Shown: positions 1-11,716 of the stretch, piece after piece
Numbering within the stretch: position 1 is the stretch's first letter
Layout: the number at the start of each line of letters is the position of its first letter
NCBI GenBank assembly: GCA_002811645.1
Contig: PDIP01000019.1
Coordinates: 169,281 to 233,280 of the forward strand
From: Corallochytrium limacisporum Hawaii
Taxonomy: Eukaryota > Protista > Pluriformea
Length of the DNA stretch: 64,000 bases
Direction of reading: 5' to 3'
The notes under the pieces: model-generated
What the model was told of the DNA's origin: nothing
Seen by the model: the letters and a program-made list of their open reading frames with translations, nothing else
The model's database searches: none
Made by a program: the position numbers and the translations under genes

Positions 1-835
1 TTTGTACGACTACGATGTGTTCAATGTCAAGCCAAAGTCAAAATAGTCCTTTTTTGAGAGTAGCAGGGACTCTTCGTTTGAATCAGCTATTGAAATATTT
101 GTGCATGATTGTTAAAAAGAGCAAAATATAATGAAATAGAATAGAATCAATATAAATTATTATACAATCAAGATTGAAAAAGATCCTCGGGAGTCAAGTT
201 TTTCGGAGTTTTGACCCTGACATACCAGACAGAGGGTGGTACACAAATATAAAACTGGCGGAAATAACTGACCCCTAAATATTGATTAAACGTATTGGTC
301 GCCCGCCCGAACCCTTAGAGTTTTCCAGTAGTTTTCGGTTCTCCCTCACTTCATTGATTCCCTTTGCATTCGACACTCTGTAATATGCATAAATCTATCA
401 TGTATACGGCGAGTGTGGTGGCCATCAAGGCGCATCAGTTTGTGTACTAGCCGGGGTTACTCTGATCCAGCCCTTAAACTCGCTTAGGAGGGGTCCCAAA
501 ATGCCGTTGTTACCAAACGCAAGAGAGATCTCTGGCAAGCCTCGACCTTCACCAAGCGCGGGACGGGCACACCTTAGATAGCGCTGCGGCTACGTGGACG
601 GGCACGGTATTGGATCACACAGACAGAAACTTTCACCTGAGGTGTAACTGCTTGGATTTGTGCTCGTCACTCGTACAAGTACAAAAAGTGAGGATCGACT
701 CTGATAGCATGACTCTTTTCACATATCAGCAGAATGAGACGGTGTAGGACCAATCCAGCGAAATAGGAATGCCACTTCAAGAACCACGTTAAGGAGCTTC
801 ACGGCTTAGCGGCGCAGATACCATATGGTAACAAC

Positions 836-2179
836 ATGTGGCGGCTTTCTCCAAGACATAAGCGTATATCAGCTATAGACAGTGGAAGGATAAGACAACT
901 CCAAAATTCTGGCGTCCTACATGGTTACTGTGAATATAGCACAGGTGACGCCACTGGCGTGATCTCACGGATCCGCCAAGCATTCAGTGCTCATCTTGAC
1001 CGCAGGGCTGACAAATATGTGAACACGCAGGTATCAACGGATCCCTTTTTTGGTGGAACATCGGAAGATGGCAGTAAAGAGGCTGCTGATGCGCTTCTCT
1101 GCCAAGGGCTGGCCGCCCTCTTTGGTACTGGATTCTGTGCCACTATGTATGGTCTGTGGAAGAGCAGCAATATGGACAAATGGTCTGTGACTCTTGGAAT
1201 CGTGCAGAGTGCGCGTCCGAAGCCTGTGCCAGTGAACCATGATATGCCATTACCAGATCCAAAGCCGGACACCTTCCTGGAACAGGCCAAGGAAATCAGA
1301 GAGAATGCAGGCAGGTATCTCCGCAAACACCGCAGCAAACTGTCGGAGATCCGCAGCATGCTTGCACAGATGATCAATACTATTGGATTGGTGGACATCC
1401 CGGAAGATGGAAGATTTAGAAAAGGCACGGAGAAGGGTACAGACTTTGGCAGTGCGGCAGGAATGCATCCAAAAAGACTGGCAGTGCTCAGAGACGCAGT
1501 AGATGCTCTGGATCACCATCTGGCCTATACCCGTGACGAAGCTTCGGCGCTGGATAGTTTTGAGGACCCTGATATGATCGATTTGGCCGCCAGTAATCAT
1601 GATACATTGCAGGAAGGCGGCATTGATGACCTCTTGACACCTTTTGAGTCCAAGGACTCTGTACGGAACACAGAATGGAATGTGAATGAACCACCCGCAG
1701 AAACTGTGAAGCGCTTGTTGGCAGCACACAATGAATGGAAAGTAAATCGTGCAGATGACAATTGGAGGCAACATAATGATAGCTCTAGCCATTTGGTACC
1801 GGAAGTGATATACAAATACATAGATCCGGTTGATGGGTCTGTCAAGACTGGCCGCGGTATCTGGAACGGTCAGCATGACAAGAAATGGTGGAAGCGAGTG
1901 GGAACTCCAAGCCGACAAGTCAGCCTCGGCATGTTGTATACTCCAGCGGCAAGGCTCATGGCTCAGCAGCTTCCCCAAGGTACGCCAGTTGAAGTGTACG
2001 TGAACCCGCGGGACAGCTCAGACACTGCTTTGCTTCGAGGTATGGATGATCGCAGCAAACTGGACCACGAGTTCAATGCCATTGGGTTCCTGATCGTGGG
2101 TGTCCTCATGGCCTATCATTCGGCGTACTTGAAACGGTGCAGTCAGCTCATCAAGCGCTTGCGTTATGGAAAGCCTTAG
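836..2179 (+). CDS. DUF3592-like two-TM membrane protein with a large internal insertion
   Basis: 447-aa ORF. Hydrophobic segment (GLAALFGTGFCATMYGLW) followed by W-x-x-T-x-G-x-V; later PEVIYKY...G and GTPVEVYVNPRD...ALL, then a C-terminal TM (AIGFLIVGVLMAY). This matches the DUF3592 pattern, split by ~190 aa. Start codon uncertain. Confidence 0.55.
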   Translation: MWRLSPRHKRISAIDSGRIRQLQNSGVLHGYCEYSTGDATGVISRIRQAFSAHLDRRADKYVNTQVSTDPFFGGTSEDGSKEAADALLCQGLAALFGTGFCATMYGLWKSSNMDKWSVTLGIVQSARPKPVPVNHDMPLPDPKPDTFLEQAKEIRENAGRYLRKHRSKLSEIRSMLAQMINTIGLVDIPEDGRFRKGTEKGTDFGSAAGMHPKRLAVLRDAVDALDHHLAYTRDEASALDSFEDPDMIDLAASNHDTLQEGGIDDLLTPFESKDSVRNTEWNVNEPPAETVKRLLAAHNEWKVNRADDNWRQHNDSSSHLVPEVIYKYIDPVDGSVKTGRGIWNGQHDKKWWKRVGTPSRQVSLGMLYTPAARLMAQQLPQGTPVEVYVNPRDSSDTALLRGMDDRSKLDHEFNAIGFLIVGVLMAYHSAYLKRCSQLIKRLRYGKP

Positions 2180-2279
2180 AAGTAGTAGAACATCGAACAG
2201 GTACCACTTTGGTGGGAATAGAAGTTTTCAAAGATAGTATCTAGATGGCTGTATTTAAAAACAGAATATACACTGTTCA

Positions 2280-3533
2280 TTAACTTGTTTGGACACCGCC
2301 CTGGAATGATTGATCGTACCAGAAGCGCACTCGAAAATCTTCGCTGCCACTAACAAAGCTATGTCCTTGCGGATGGGCCGCAAGTGCACTGACGTACTGT
2401 GTATGACCCTTGTACCCCTCGTAGTGTTCTCCGTTGCGGGCATTCCATGCCAGTACCAGACTCTTCGATTCATCACCGCTGAGCACGATATCTTCGCCGT
2501 GCGCAAAAATTGCAGGCACAAGCTGGTTCTTGCGTCTGCCTCCTTCGTAGTCCAGAATAACTTTGCGTTGGCGCAGATCCCACAGATGGATCTTGCTGTC
2601 CAGCCCGGAGGTGAGGAGGTAATGACCAGTCCGGCTGTGTCTCGCTGACGCAACCGCTTCACCGTCATGGGCTAGTTTGAGGTCCATGACTACTTTGTTG
2701 GTGGTGCTATCCCAGAGCTTGACACTGCCATCCATAGAGCAAGAAGCGTACTGGGTGCCGATCCGGTTGAAGGCAATATCGGTTATCGGTCCACTGTGGT
2801 CTTCACTCCGATTCATGCCCGCAAAGCATTGCCAAGTCTCGGCATTGTATAGACGGATGGTAGGATCAGTGGTACCTACGAGAATGTACTGCCCGCACGG
2901 ATGGAATTTGGCCTTCCGACACTCTGCCACCTCATTGAGTGTCTTAACGCTTCGCTTGGCCTGGATCTGGGTGGTGTCGAACAGTCGCACGGTACTGTCA
3001 CTGCCAGCACTGACCAGGATGTTGCCGCTTGGATGAAAATCAATGCCAAGGATTGCACCAGTATGGTCGTATACTGTCTTTAGAACAGCCTTGGGCACAG
3101 CATCAGGAGCACCGGTTGCCTTCTGAATGCACCGATCGCAGCTGAGCAATTTGATCGAGCCATCTGACGCTGCTGTGGCAGCCAGTTTACCGTCTGGTGA
3201 GATGGCCACATCACAGACAGGTCCCTGGTGCGTGGTATAGAAAGTAGTCTCAAACGGTGGCTGCCGCGAAACGCCACCGGTGGCATCACTGTTCTCGAAG
3301 TCCAAAGGGGCTGGACCCGGCCCAGTAGTGGAAACGTCTTTCTTTTTCTTCCTGTCCTGCTCTGCCAAAACTTTCCCGAGCGCTGTGAACAATTCATTGC
3401 TTGGCTGTTGTAATGGCGTACCTGAGCCCTCTAAGCGTTGCTTAATCAGCTTAGCAGCTTCAGTGTGTCCGTCATAGCGCAGCTGTCCGATCAGCAGTCT
3501 GTAGAAAACATCTGATTGTTCCTCTGCGGCCAT
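2280..3533 (-). CDS. CSTF1: Cleavage stimulation factor 50 kDa subunit (WD40)
   Basis: N-terminal dimerisation motif YRLLIGQLRYDG, then FETTFYTTHQGP, TVYDH, FHPSG and FHPCGQY WD40 repeats typical of CstF-50. Confidence 0.9.
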   Translation of the reverse strand: MAAEEQSDVFYRLLIGQLRYDGHTEAAKLIKQRLEGSGTPLQQPSNELFTALGKVLAEQDRKKKKDVSTTGPGPAPLDFENSDATGGVSRQPPFETTFYTTHQGPVCDVAISPDGKLAATAASDGSIKLLSCDRCIQKATGAPDAVPKAVLKTVYDHTGAILGIDFHPSGNILVSAGSDSTVRLFDTTQIQAKRSVKTLNEVAECRKAKFHPCGQYILVGTTDPTIRLYNAETWQCFAGMNRSEDHSGPITDIAFNRIGTQYASCSMDGSVKLWDSTTNKVVMDLKLAHDGEAVASARHSRTGHYLLTSGLDSKIHLWDLRQRKVILDYEGGRRKNQLVPAIFAHGEDIVLSGDESKSLVLAWNARNGEHYEGYKGHTQYVSALAAHPQGHSFVSGSEDFRVRFWYDQSFQGGVQTS

Positions 3534-3987
3534 GCTGAGATTCTCAACTTAAACTGCTATTTTCAAATTGCCATGTCAACCCAGTCTATGGGCTCATTAT
3601 CACTTTGTTACCTGCCTAACCTTCAATTCCAGCATACTGAAGTTGTTCACCTGGATTCGCTCATATGAAGTACCACGGGCGCCAACTTGTGGGCGACGGC
3701 AAGAGTCGCGACCTCTTACCCATCCCCACCTTCCTCCCCGCCTTCTCCCCCCCCTGTGTGCGGAAGGATGTCATTTTGACTGAAGGGGAAACCGGACGTT
3801 AGATCCAAAACACGTGAGGTACTTCAGAGCCCTTCATACACAAAGACAATGGCATTATTCACCTATATGCCGAACCTGACAAACTTACATTCTTAATTGA
3901 TAGGTGCATAGAACTAGACGGGATCTTATCCAAAAATGACCAGTTGAAGTAGCCCAAGAGATAGTTTCAGGATTGATTGAGGTCGCA

Positions 3988-4569
3988 ATGTTTGCCTGTC
4001 TGATCCCCGGTAGGATTCCCATGGAAGCAAACCAGGTGGAAGATACCAAATTCTTGATCCAAATTCCTAGCGCAACTAGCATTGGGCACATTATGGTTAC
4101 ACTCACAGGCCAGCAACCGTTTCCAACTGGAATGGGTGGCAGCATCTACTACGCACCGCGTCAGGACGCAGCATGGCAGTTGCTCGGGCACATCACCAAC
4201 GCAAAACCATCGGCTCTCTTCCGTATCAAGGGTGTCATCCGCAAGGCGTTGAGCACCCAAAACCTAAATTTTGGCAATCTTGACCCAAGTGTACAAGCAT
4301 CCCAGGATATTGGTCTGCTTGGCATCAGCATCGAGCCGCAGAGCCAGATTGAGCAGGAAATGACATCGACTGACAAACAGGCAGACGCACCGGTGAATGA
4401 CATGGCTGCATTCTCCCGCAAAATGCTTGAATCCTTCTATAACTATGCCAGCAGCTATGCGGCACCTGCACAACCGGGACAAGAAAGCATTCCTATCTCC
4501 ACGCTTAACAATTGGTACAATCGATTCGAAGGGATGCTAAGGAACGATCCTAACTTCTGGAAGAGTTAG
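3988..4569 (+). CDS. HIKESHI: Hikeshi/OPI10 family Hsp70 nuclear import carrier
   Basis: MFACLIPGR start (ATG 3988; the ORF track starts at an upstream TTG), HIMVTLTGQQPFPTGMGGSIY, WQLLGHITNAKPSALFRI, LGISIEP, and C-terminal WYNRFE...DPNFWK. Confidence 0.93.
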   Translation: MFACLIPGRIPMEANQVEDTKFLIQIPSATSIGHIMVTLTGQQPFPTGMGGSIYYAPRQDAAWQLLGHITNAKPSALFRIKGVIRKALSTQNLNFGNLDPSVQASQDIGLLGISIEPQSQIEQEMTSTDKQADAPVNDMAAFSRKMLESFYNYASSYAAPAQPGQESIPISTLNNWYNRFEGMLRNDPNFWKS

Positions 4570-4603
4570 CAGAAGAATGGCAGACTAGTAGGAGACAACA
4601 CTT

Positions 4604-5797
4604 TTAAAAGCAATGTGATTTGTAAGTTGAACATTCAAAGGCTTTCCAGCCCGGCAGTGACAGAGGATATGAGAGTATTGTCCGAAATGGCCACAGTTTC
4701 CTGCCTCGCATTAGAAAGGACCACAATTTACTGCGGCTAGCTGCGCCCTCAGGAATTGTTCGTTCCCGCACGCCTCGGTCGCCTGGGTACAAAGTATCCA
4801 GTAGTGGGTCCAGGGACTGCAGAGTGGTACAGTCCAGGGTCTCATCAGATAGGCCGGATATCTCAGCTTTCATATCGAAGACTGCGACGCAGAGCGATTT
4901 ATACTCCTGGCCACTCAAGCAAACAATCTTCGACCCAGCAACGGATGCTTCCTCTTCCTCGACCGTCTCTTCTTTGACCGCGATTCCATCTGGAGGTTCT
5001 TGCTCTTCCTTACCACCGACTGTCTGGGAGACTTTGGAGTGTACCTTGATGGTATGCTTGAAGAACATAGCCATGTACACAGCTTGGTGATGGCTAACTG
5101 CTGTGGGAGTGTTCCAACACACAATCAGGTTCGCGTCCAGTTCCTCGGCCTCTTGTAAAGTAGACCCCTGCGACAAAATCTCGCAAAAGGGTATAAAAGT
5201 GTTGAAATAGTGTGGCCGGTTGCAACAATATGTCCACAGTCTGCGGGCTTCCTCGCATGATTCCAGGTCAAAGTACTGTCCCGCGTCCATGGCAGACAGA
5301 CGGTTACACATGGCACGACAAATTGCACCTACAGCAATCTGGCTTCGGTCGACGGGAGATGTGGTGTTTAGGGACGGCACGGTTTTGCGATTGTTGGCCA
5401 GCAAGGGAGTATGGGAGACCAGCCGGCGCACCGATTCCACTTCAATAGCAACGAAGTCAGGAACCGTGTTGGCGTCCATGATGGAGATTGTTTTTGCACC
5501 CAAGGTCGCCTGGGCAGTGGTCAATGACTGGGTCATCTGTGCTAAGGCTTCAACTTTCACAACGGCGCCACGAATCTCGCCATTGGTCACGTTGGCATTG
5601 GCGAGGCTGGTGGTCACAATAGCACGCAGAGAGAGCACCCTTAGAAGCATCTTACAAGGCCCATAGGGCTCAAGGTGCCTGAAGGCATATTCACACGGTT
5701 GCAAAACACAATGGCAACCCAGCAATATGGTCCCCGGCACATACAGCACCAAAACGAGCTTCGGCCTTGGTGCTACATTTCCAGTAATATACCACAA
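4604..5797 (-). CDS. Hypothetical protein
   Basis: 397-codon ORF filling the space between Hikeshi and EIPR1, with an acidic patch (EETVEEEEAS). No family recognised. The true start may be the internal Met of MLLRVLSL. Confidence 0.6.
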   Translation of the reverse strand: MWYITGNVAPRPKLVLVLYVPGTILLGCHCVLQPCEYAFRHLEPYGPCKMLLRVLSLRAIVTTSLANANVTNGEIRGAVVKVEALAQMTQSLTTAQATLGAKTISIMDANTVPDFVAIEVESVRRLVSHTPLLANNRKTVPSLNTTSPVDRSQIAVGAICRAMCNRLSAMDAGQYFDLESCEEARRLWTYCCNRPHYFNTFIPFCEILSQGSTLQEAEELDANLIVCWNTPTAVSHHQAVYMAMFFKHTIKVHSKVSQTVGGKEEQEPPDGIAVKEETVEEEEASVAGSKIVCLSGQEYKSLCVAVFDMKAEISGLSDETLDCTTLQSLDPLLDTLYPGDRGVRERTIPEGAASRSKLWSFLMRGRKLWPFRTILSYPLSLPGWKAFECSTYKSHCF

Positions 5798-6127
5798 ATT
5801 TCCAAAGTGATTTGATTCAGAACATCATATTTCTAGTAGGCAAAATTCTCTTCGATTCCCGCGTTTATGATTTTTCGACATCGGCGGGTGAAGAGGGCAT
5901 GCCTCTAGTACTCTCGTAGTGTTCCCGCATGTGCGGGAGGGATTTGTTGTGGCACTTTGTGTGAATGAAGCTACGTTTCTTTGATAATTTACATGCTGGT
6001 ACAAAACTTTCACAGATGACCAGCGCTGTTTGGTCACAAACTAGAGTTTCGTGTGGATAGACAGACAGAAAACCTATGTCTTTCAACAATGTGTTGAAAG
6101 TCAGACTAAAGTCGACTGTTCGACATC

Positions 6128-7300
6128 ATGGGGGAGCCGGCAGTGATCTACAGTCTCGAGGCGAGAGCCCGTAGCCTGTGTGCCGTAAACAACCATGAAG
6201 ATCGAACCATATTTCTGGTCGGCTCGTCCAATATTAGGACCAAAGAACATCATTTGTATCGAGTGGAGTTCATGGAAGATGAGAATCGGACTTCGGCAGA
6301 GTCATTCGTATTTCCCAAAGGTGAGATCACCGTAATAAGCTCGTCACCAAGCCAAGAAGAACTTTGTGCTGTTGGTTACCGAACCATCAAATCCAGTGGT
6401 CAGCATTTGAACCATGGCGCTGTTCTTGGACGCTTTAAGGAGTCTGATGAAGGCTATGACGAGCTTCATATTGTTCAGGATCTCACCGCAGTCCTCGGGC
6501 TCTCGGACGAACAGGCTTGCAAAGCGTTGGTGTGGAGTCCTACCGGAGATTCAGATGATCTCATTGCAGTAACAGCATCTTCATGCATTGTGGTGGACGT
6601 TAATGCTTTGAAAGAGGAAGTTACCATCAATCCGCGTTCTCAGTCTGAAGGAGGCCCCCTGCATTCGAAGACTGGTACCATCCACCATGCCGCTCGCAAT
6701 CCCTTTGGAGGCGGAAAAGAGGTTGCGATTGCATATGATGAAGGTCTACTCGGTGTAGATATTCGCAGCATGAACACCATGTACACTAAGAAAGGTGCTC
6801 ATCCTCAGCAGACTCTGAGCGTGGACTTCAATCACAATCGAAACCACTTACTTGTTAGTAGTGGGGTTGATGGGTGTATTCGGTTCTGGGATGTGCGCAA
6901 CATGAGTGAACCACTTCGTATTGATGAACACCACAACCACTGGGCATGGTCGGTAAAGTACAATCAATTCCACGACCAGTTGCTCTTAAGCTGTGGTTCG
7001 GATTCCCGGGTAGTGCTGTCCAATGTGTACTCCTTGTGTAGCGACCCTCAGGCACTGACGCCTGGCATGGAACTACCCAGCAGTGCCGGTCGTGTGGAGG
7101 ACGACGAAGAGGATATAGGAGAAAACGGTCTTAAGGAAGACGGTGTCATTGGCGTCTTCGAGGAACATGAGGATTCTGTATACGCCGTGGAATGGAGTGC
7201 TACAGACCCATGGATATTTGCCAGCGTATCTTACGATGGCCGCATCGTTTTCAACAGGATGCCGCAGGAGGAGAAGTACAGGGTCCTCGGCATGTTGTAG
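6128..7300 (+). CDS. EIPR1: EARP/GARP-interacting protein (TSSC1), WD40
   Basis: PAVIYSLEARARSL N-terminus, HNHWAWSVKYNQFHDQLLLSCGSDSRVVL, and EHEDSVYAVEWSATDPWIFASVSYDGR, all characteristic of TSSC1/EIPR1. Confidence 0.93.
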   Translation: MGEPAVIYSLEARARSLCAVNNHEDRTIFLVGSSNIRTKEHHLYRVEFMEDENRTSAESFVFPKGEITVISSSPSQEELCAVGYRTIKSSGQHLNHGAVLGRFKESDEGYDELHIVQDLTAVLGLSDEQACKALVWSPTGDSDDLIAVTASSCIVVDVNALKEEVTINPRSQSEGGPLHSKTGTIHHAARNPFGGGKEVAIAYDEGLLGVDIRSMNTMYTKKGAHPQQTLSVDFNHNRNHLLVSSGVDGCIRFWDVRNMSEPLRIDEHHNHWAWSVKYNQFHDQLLLSCGSDSRVVLSNVYSLCSDPQALTPGMELPSSAGRVEDDEEDIGENGLKEDGVIGVFEEHEDSVYAVEWSATDPWIFASVSYDGRIVFNRMPQEEKYRVLGML

Positions 7301-10040
7301 AGCGTAAGTGTAAGTATCGATTGCTTAAACGTGTTATCAATGATGAAAGAAACTTTTCATGCGTGTCATAAGATAGACCACATGGTCATGGTTACTACAA
7401 AACAATCCAACACTGAAGAAATGACACACTACGATGCTCGTATGCGATCAAACGAATGCTAACCTAATTTTCCCAATGTTTTGCCCATGCAGAGAAATGA
7501 AATGCGTTAATGGAACGCCTGAAGGGTGCAGCTGATGAGAGCTTTTGCCTTGAGTCCATACGGGTTGGATACTGTTTACCTTTGGCCATCTTTCTTGCTC
7601 TTTCGTTGGATGCTGGGCTAAAGGTGCCAGGACCAACCAGCTGGGACTGTGAGGGTAGTGATTATGAGAGCTGATGCGCAATCAACCATTGTTTGACCAT
7701 CGTGCATATCAAAGCGGATTCAAAGGCACTAACGCTGAGCTACCATACTTTCCACATCCCATTTAACAGGAGAGCGCCAAACTCGAAACATGATATGCGT
7801 TCAAGCAGCAGGGTTGCTAAAGAATCGGGATGGATTGCGTAGAGACATCCCGCGAGTTAAAAACTCATTAAAGAAACGGAGTGGTGACGCTACAGACATC
7901 ACCCATAGCAATTGACCAAAAGTGATCCCGCCGCAGAGGGTTCATCGCTGGATCGGAAAGTTGCCATCCATATCCCGAAGATCTCAGAAGTGAGAACGCT
8001 ACTCGGCAGCCAGACATTGTTTCCTCAAATGATACCCCAAAAAGGGGCCCCGCATTTGAAGAGTAATGACAAAACTAGTGACGGTCGGGGTTTTCGACGG
8101 TGGTACCTGTGAAATCTGCATTCTGGGGTCGGTGGATTGCATGTAGTGGTTGCAGAGTGCAATGTTCAGTACCCTCTTCTTCCCAAACTGAAGGATATAG
8201 GTAGGAGTGGCTGGCAAACTCCAGCCGTTGTTCAGTGCACAATGCAACTCCAGAACGAACACAAACTGTCTTTGCTATATATAATATACTTGCCACGTCT
8301 TGTGTGAGCTGGTAGGGTACTGATCCAATTCCGTGTATTCATTACTCGTTACGTGAAGGTTGTTTTTGCCGCTGAGGAGGCTGAAAGTGGTGCAGCCGTG
8401 GCGCTACCGTGGTCCGATTCCCGGCCCAAATTGAATTGAACGGACAGTAGTTGAGAATACAGTATCTCTACGGCTCTGTGTGATACTTCGGAAAAGGGTG
8501 ACACAGAAAGTTTGTGAGATGATGACCACTCGGTTCAATCAGTTCTTGTATGACTTTTTCTCTCTAAGAGTCCGGCATGTGTTCCGACTGTTTGTACAAT
8601 ATTTAACCAACGGCAGTTTTCATCTTTCACTCACTATTGCCTATTCCATGCCCCTTGCGGCGGACGTGGAGCGAGGTGAACCTGACATTGAGGTTCAATA
8701 GTGAATGTACCATTGCGCAGTCCGCCCAGCTGCGCTCTCCTCCTGAAATATGAGGCTCCGGTGGGGGACAAAATTACGAGGAGCCACGCCCTCTCCCTCC
8801 CGACCGGAAGGCTCCAGTCAAATACGGCACATTTCGGGTGATTGGGGGGGGGGGGTCACCTGACCCCTGGAGGGCGATCAGTCCGTCCCAATGGAAGTTT
8901 TCTGTAATTCTGTTCCATTCAGATCGGCGGTTAGCCAGCAGAGCGCAGAGGGACGAGGGTGCTGTCGTAAGAAGGCGCATGCTGAACTCTTCGGCATTGC
9001 ATTTCGGTATACAAGTAATAGAGCGGGCGGGTTGTGCTGTGCGTAATGTTTGAACAACACTGCTGCACATTATCACCGTAACTGCTGTCGCACACTGATT
9101 GCAAACCCGGTCAAAGGCGATCACTACTAATTGAGCACCAATGCGAACGACAGCACGGAACGTTGCGCAGAAAATGAGGAGGAAGTGTTGGGGTTCCATG
9201 AGTAACTGTCGCGTCTCGCCATATTCTCACTATAGAAAGAGCAGTACATCGATTGCGCTGTTTAGTTTCCCGGGTGCTATGCTTCCATAGCCGCTCGAGA
9301 CGCTTTTTTTTGGGTCCTGGAACGCCTGAGTCAACCATTCTTACTCCGCGGACAGAAGTAAATAGTTTCGACCCCCTTGGAGGTTGCAGTACGCAGTGGG
9401 TGGGCCGGAAATAAAAGGGAGGTGATGAGCGCACAATGAGGAGAACTACCAATCTCGTAGGACCCGTATGCACGCACGGTCTCCTCGATTCCAATGGTAG
9501 TGAGGACGGTCGCTCCCCCTCGTCAATAGTGACTTTAGCGTGCACACGCACTTATCGCAGAAAGTGGTGGGGCTTGGCTTCGTCACCGTTAAGTCATGGG
9601 AGACGGTTTAGTCTGGGCGGGTGAACTTTTTAGAGCAGAACTTTGTAGTGGATCCCTCACGCCGGCTGTGGGTAGACCGAAAATCTACTGTTGAGGATTC
9701 CTCAACCGATCGGTGTGGGTTACACAGGTGCAAGCTTTGGAGCAATGCCGCACAGCTCTGCGCTTCGAGCCCCCTTGGCCTCCTGACGTTTTCGCTTTCG
9801 TACGATACTGTCATACGACCTGCTCAGGTGCTGTTGCTGTTTCCGATGGATGGGTTGAACGCGCAAGAGGATAATGAAAGGAACAACTCTCACGCTTCCA
9901 GATTCCAGGGCAGGGTATTTCAACCAATTTGCCGTCCCTTCACTACAACATGTTACTCCATCGTTGTAACAGTTGAAGAGTTCTTTCCCTTGACCACAGA
10001 GAAGAAAGGTAAGAACAGAACACGCAAAGAGAGAGCAATC

Positions 10041-11606
10041 ATGGTCTACGAAGCCAACTTTGCCGGCGTCTCCGTGAATGTCGACACCACGGTTCTGAGC
10101 GAGGCCGCCAGATCCTATGCTCCCATTGCCGGTGCTGCTCTGGGTGCATACCTTCTGGGCAAGGCCCTGCTCAATCGCACCCCCGCCTACAATACCAAGT
10201 TTGTTGGTAAGGTCCGCAAGGCCCCCACCACCCAGCAGTACCCGAGCATCGTCCAGGAACTGCGTGCTACGTACCTCTCCAATAAGACCAAGAGCATTGA
10301 ATGGCGTCAACAGCAACTGCTCGGTCTGCTTGAGTTTATGAAGAATCACCGTGACGAGATCGAGGAGGCCATGAAGAAAGACAACCTGAAAACCGAAGGA
10401 GAGCGGTTTTTGGAGTTGCGCATTGTCGAGGGATCCATTCGCCATGACCTGAAGCACTTCCAAGAATGGATGAAGGACGAAGCTGTAGGTACTCCGGTCT
10501 GGATGGCACCTGCCTCCAGCTACATTCGTCGTGAGCCTCTCGGTGTGGTACTGATCATTGCCCCCTGGAACTACCCAATGAACTTGACCGTCCAACCCCT
10601 TGCCCAAGCGTTTGCTGCCGGCAACTGCGCCGTCGTGAAGCCTTCCGAGCTGGCTCCTCACCAGAGTGCTGTGATGGCCAAGTATCTACCCCGCTATCTG
10701 GACAACTCTGCGTTCGCCATTATTGAGGGCGCGGTGGACGAGACCAAGGCTCTTCTAAATGAAAAGTGGGACTTTGTGCTGTTCACAGGTGGTACGGGTA
10801 TTGCCCGCATCATCAACCAGCAGTTGGCTGCAAGCCTGACTCCGGTCTGCCTGGAACTCGGTGGCAAGTCTCCTACTATTGTAGACAAGAACGTCGACCT
10901 GGCCGTCGCCTGCAACCGCATTGTCCAGGGTAAGTTCAACAACTGTGGCCAAACGTGCGTAGCTCCGGACTACGTTCTGTGTCACCGCGAAATTTACGAG
11001 GACTTCCTGAAGCAGATGAAGGAGACGGTGGAGAACTTCTATGGCCAGGATCCCCGGACTGGAGGATCCTACGCCCGTATCATCAATGAGCGCCACTTTG
11101 ACCGCGTGAGCAAGTACATCAAGGACGGTAAAGTCCTCGTTGGTGGCGTCACTGACCGTTCGGAGTGCTACATAGCCCCCACCATCCTTCGGGACGTCAG
11201 ACCTGACTCCAGTGTCATGAGCGAGGAAAACGAAATCTTTGGCCCTGTCCTGCCTGTCCTGCCAATGGACTCCATCTACGACGGTATCAAGTTTGTTAAC
11301 CAGCGGCCCAAACCTTTGGCCCTTTACGTCTTCTCCAAAGACTCCAAGGTTGCTGATCTCGTCAACCACTCTACGTCCTCTGGCGGTTTCTGCGTCAATG
11401 AAGCGGTTTTCCAGTTTGCCACCAATGAATTGCCCTTCGGCGGTGTTGGTGATGCCGGTCAGGGTCGCTACCACAGCAAGTATGGGTTCGATCAGTTCAG
11501 CCACCTTAAGAGTGTGATCGCGCGTCCATTCTGGGGAGACCTGTGGCTGCGCTATCCTCCATTCACCGGCATGGCCCGCGCTACGTTTGATCTGCTCATG
11601 CCTTGA
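10041..11606 (+). CDS. ALDH3: Aldehyde dehydrogenase, ALDH3 (fatty aldehyde dehydrogenase) family
   Basis: EPLGVVLIIAPWNYP, KPSE, FTGG, catalytic Glu in LELGGKSP, catalytic Cys in GQTCVAPDY, EIFGP, PFGGVG. Start placed at ATG 10041 where coding-like codon bias begins; the frame is open further upstream. Confidence 0.93.
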   Translation: MVYEANFAGVSVNVDTTVLSEAARSYAPIAGAALGAYLLGKALLNRTPAYNTKFVGKVRKAPTTQQYPSIVQELRATYLSNKTKSIEWRQQQLLGLLEFMKNHRDEIEEAMKKDNLKTEGERFLELRIVEGSIRHDLKHFQEWMKDEAVGTPVWMAPASSYIRREPLGVVLIIAPWNYPMNLTVQPLAQAFAAGNCAVVKPSELAPHQSAVMAKYLPRYLDNSAFAIIEGAVDETKALLNEKWDFVLFTGGTGIARIINQQLAASLTPVCLELGGKSPTIVDKNVDLAVACNRIVQGKFNNCGQTCVAPDYVLCHREIYEDFLKQMKETVENFYGQDPRTGGSYARIINERHFDRVSKYIKDGKVLVGGVTDRSECYIAPTILRDVRPDSSVMSEENEIFGPVLPVLPMDSIYDGIKFVNQRPKPLALYVFSKDSKVADLVNHSTSSGGFCVNEAVFQFATNELPFGGVGDAGQGRYHSKYGFDQFSHLKSVIARPFWGDLWLRYPPFTGMARATFDLLMP

Positions 11607-11716
11607 AAAGGAGGTGTCTGCAGAGTATCATTACCATCCTTTTTCAAGCAATGTTTACACAATCCGTCACTTTATCCTATTGCATTGAAATGCTATACAT
11701 TCGGAGTCTTTTCATA

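Noticed and set aside
9720-11504. Long antisense ORFs (313 and 249 aa) over ALDH3
   Set aside because: Shadow ORFs produced by strong sense-strand codon bias; no recognisable motifs.
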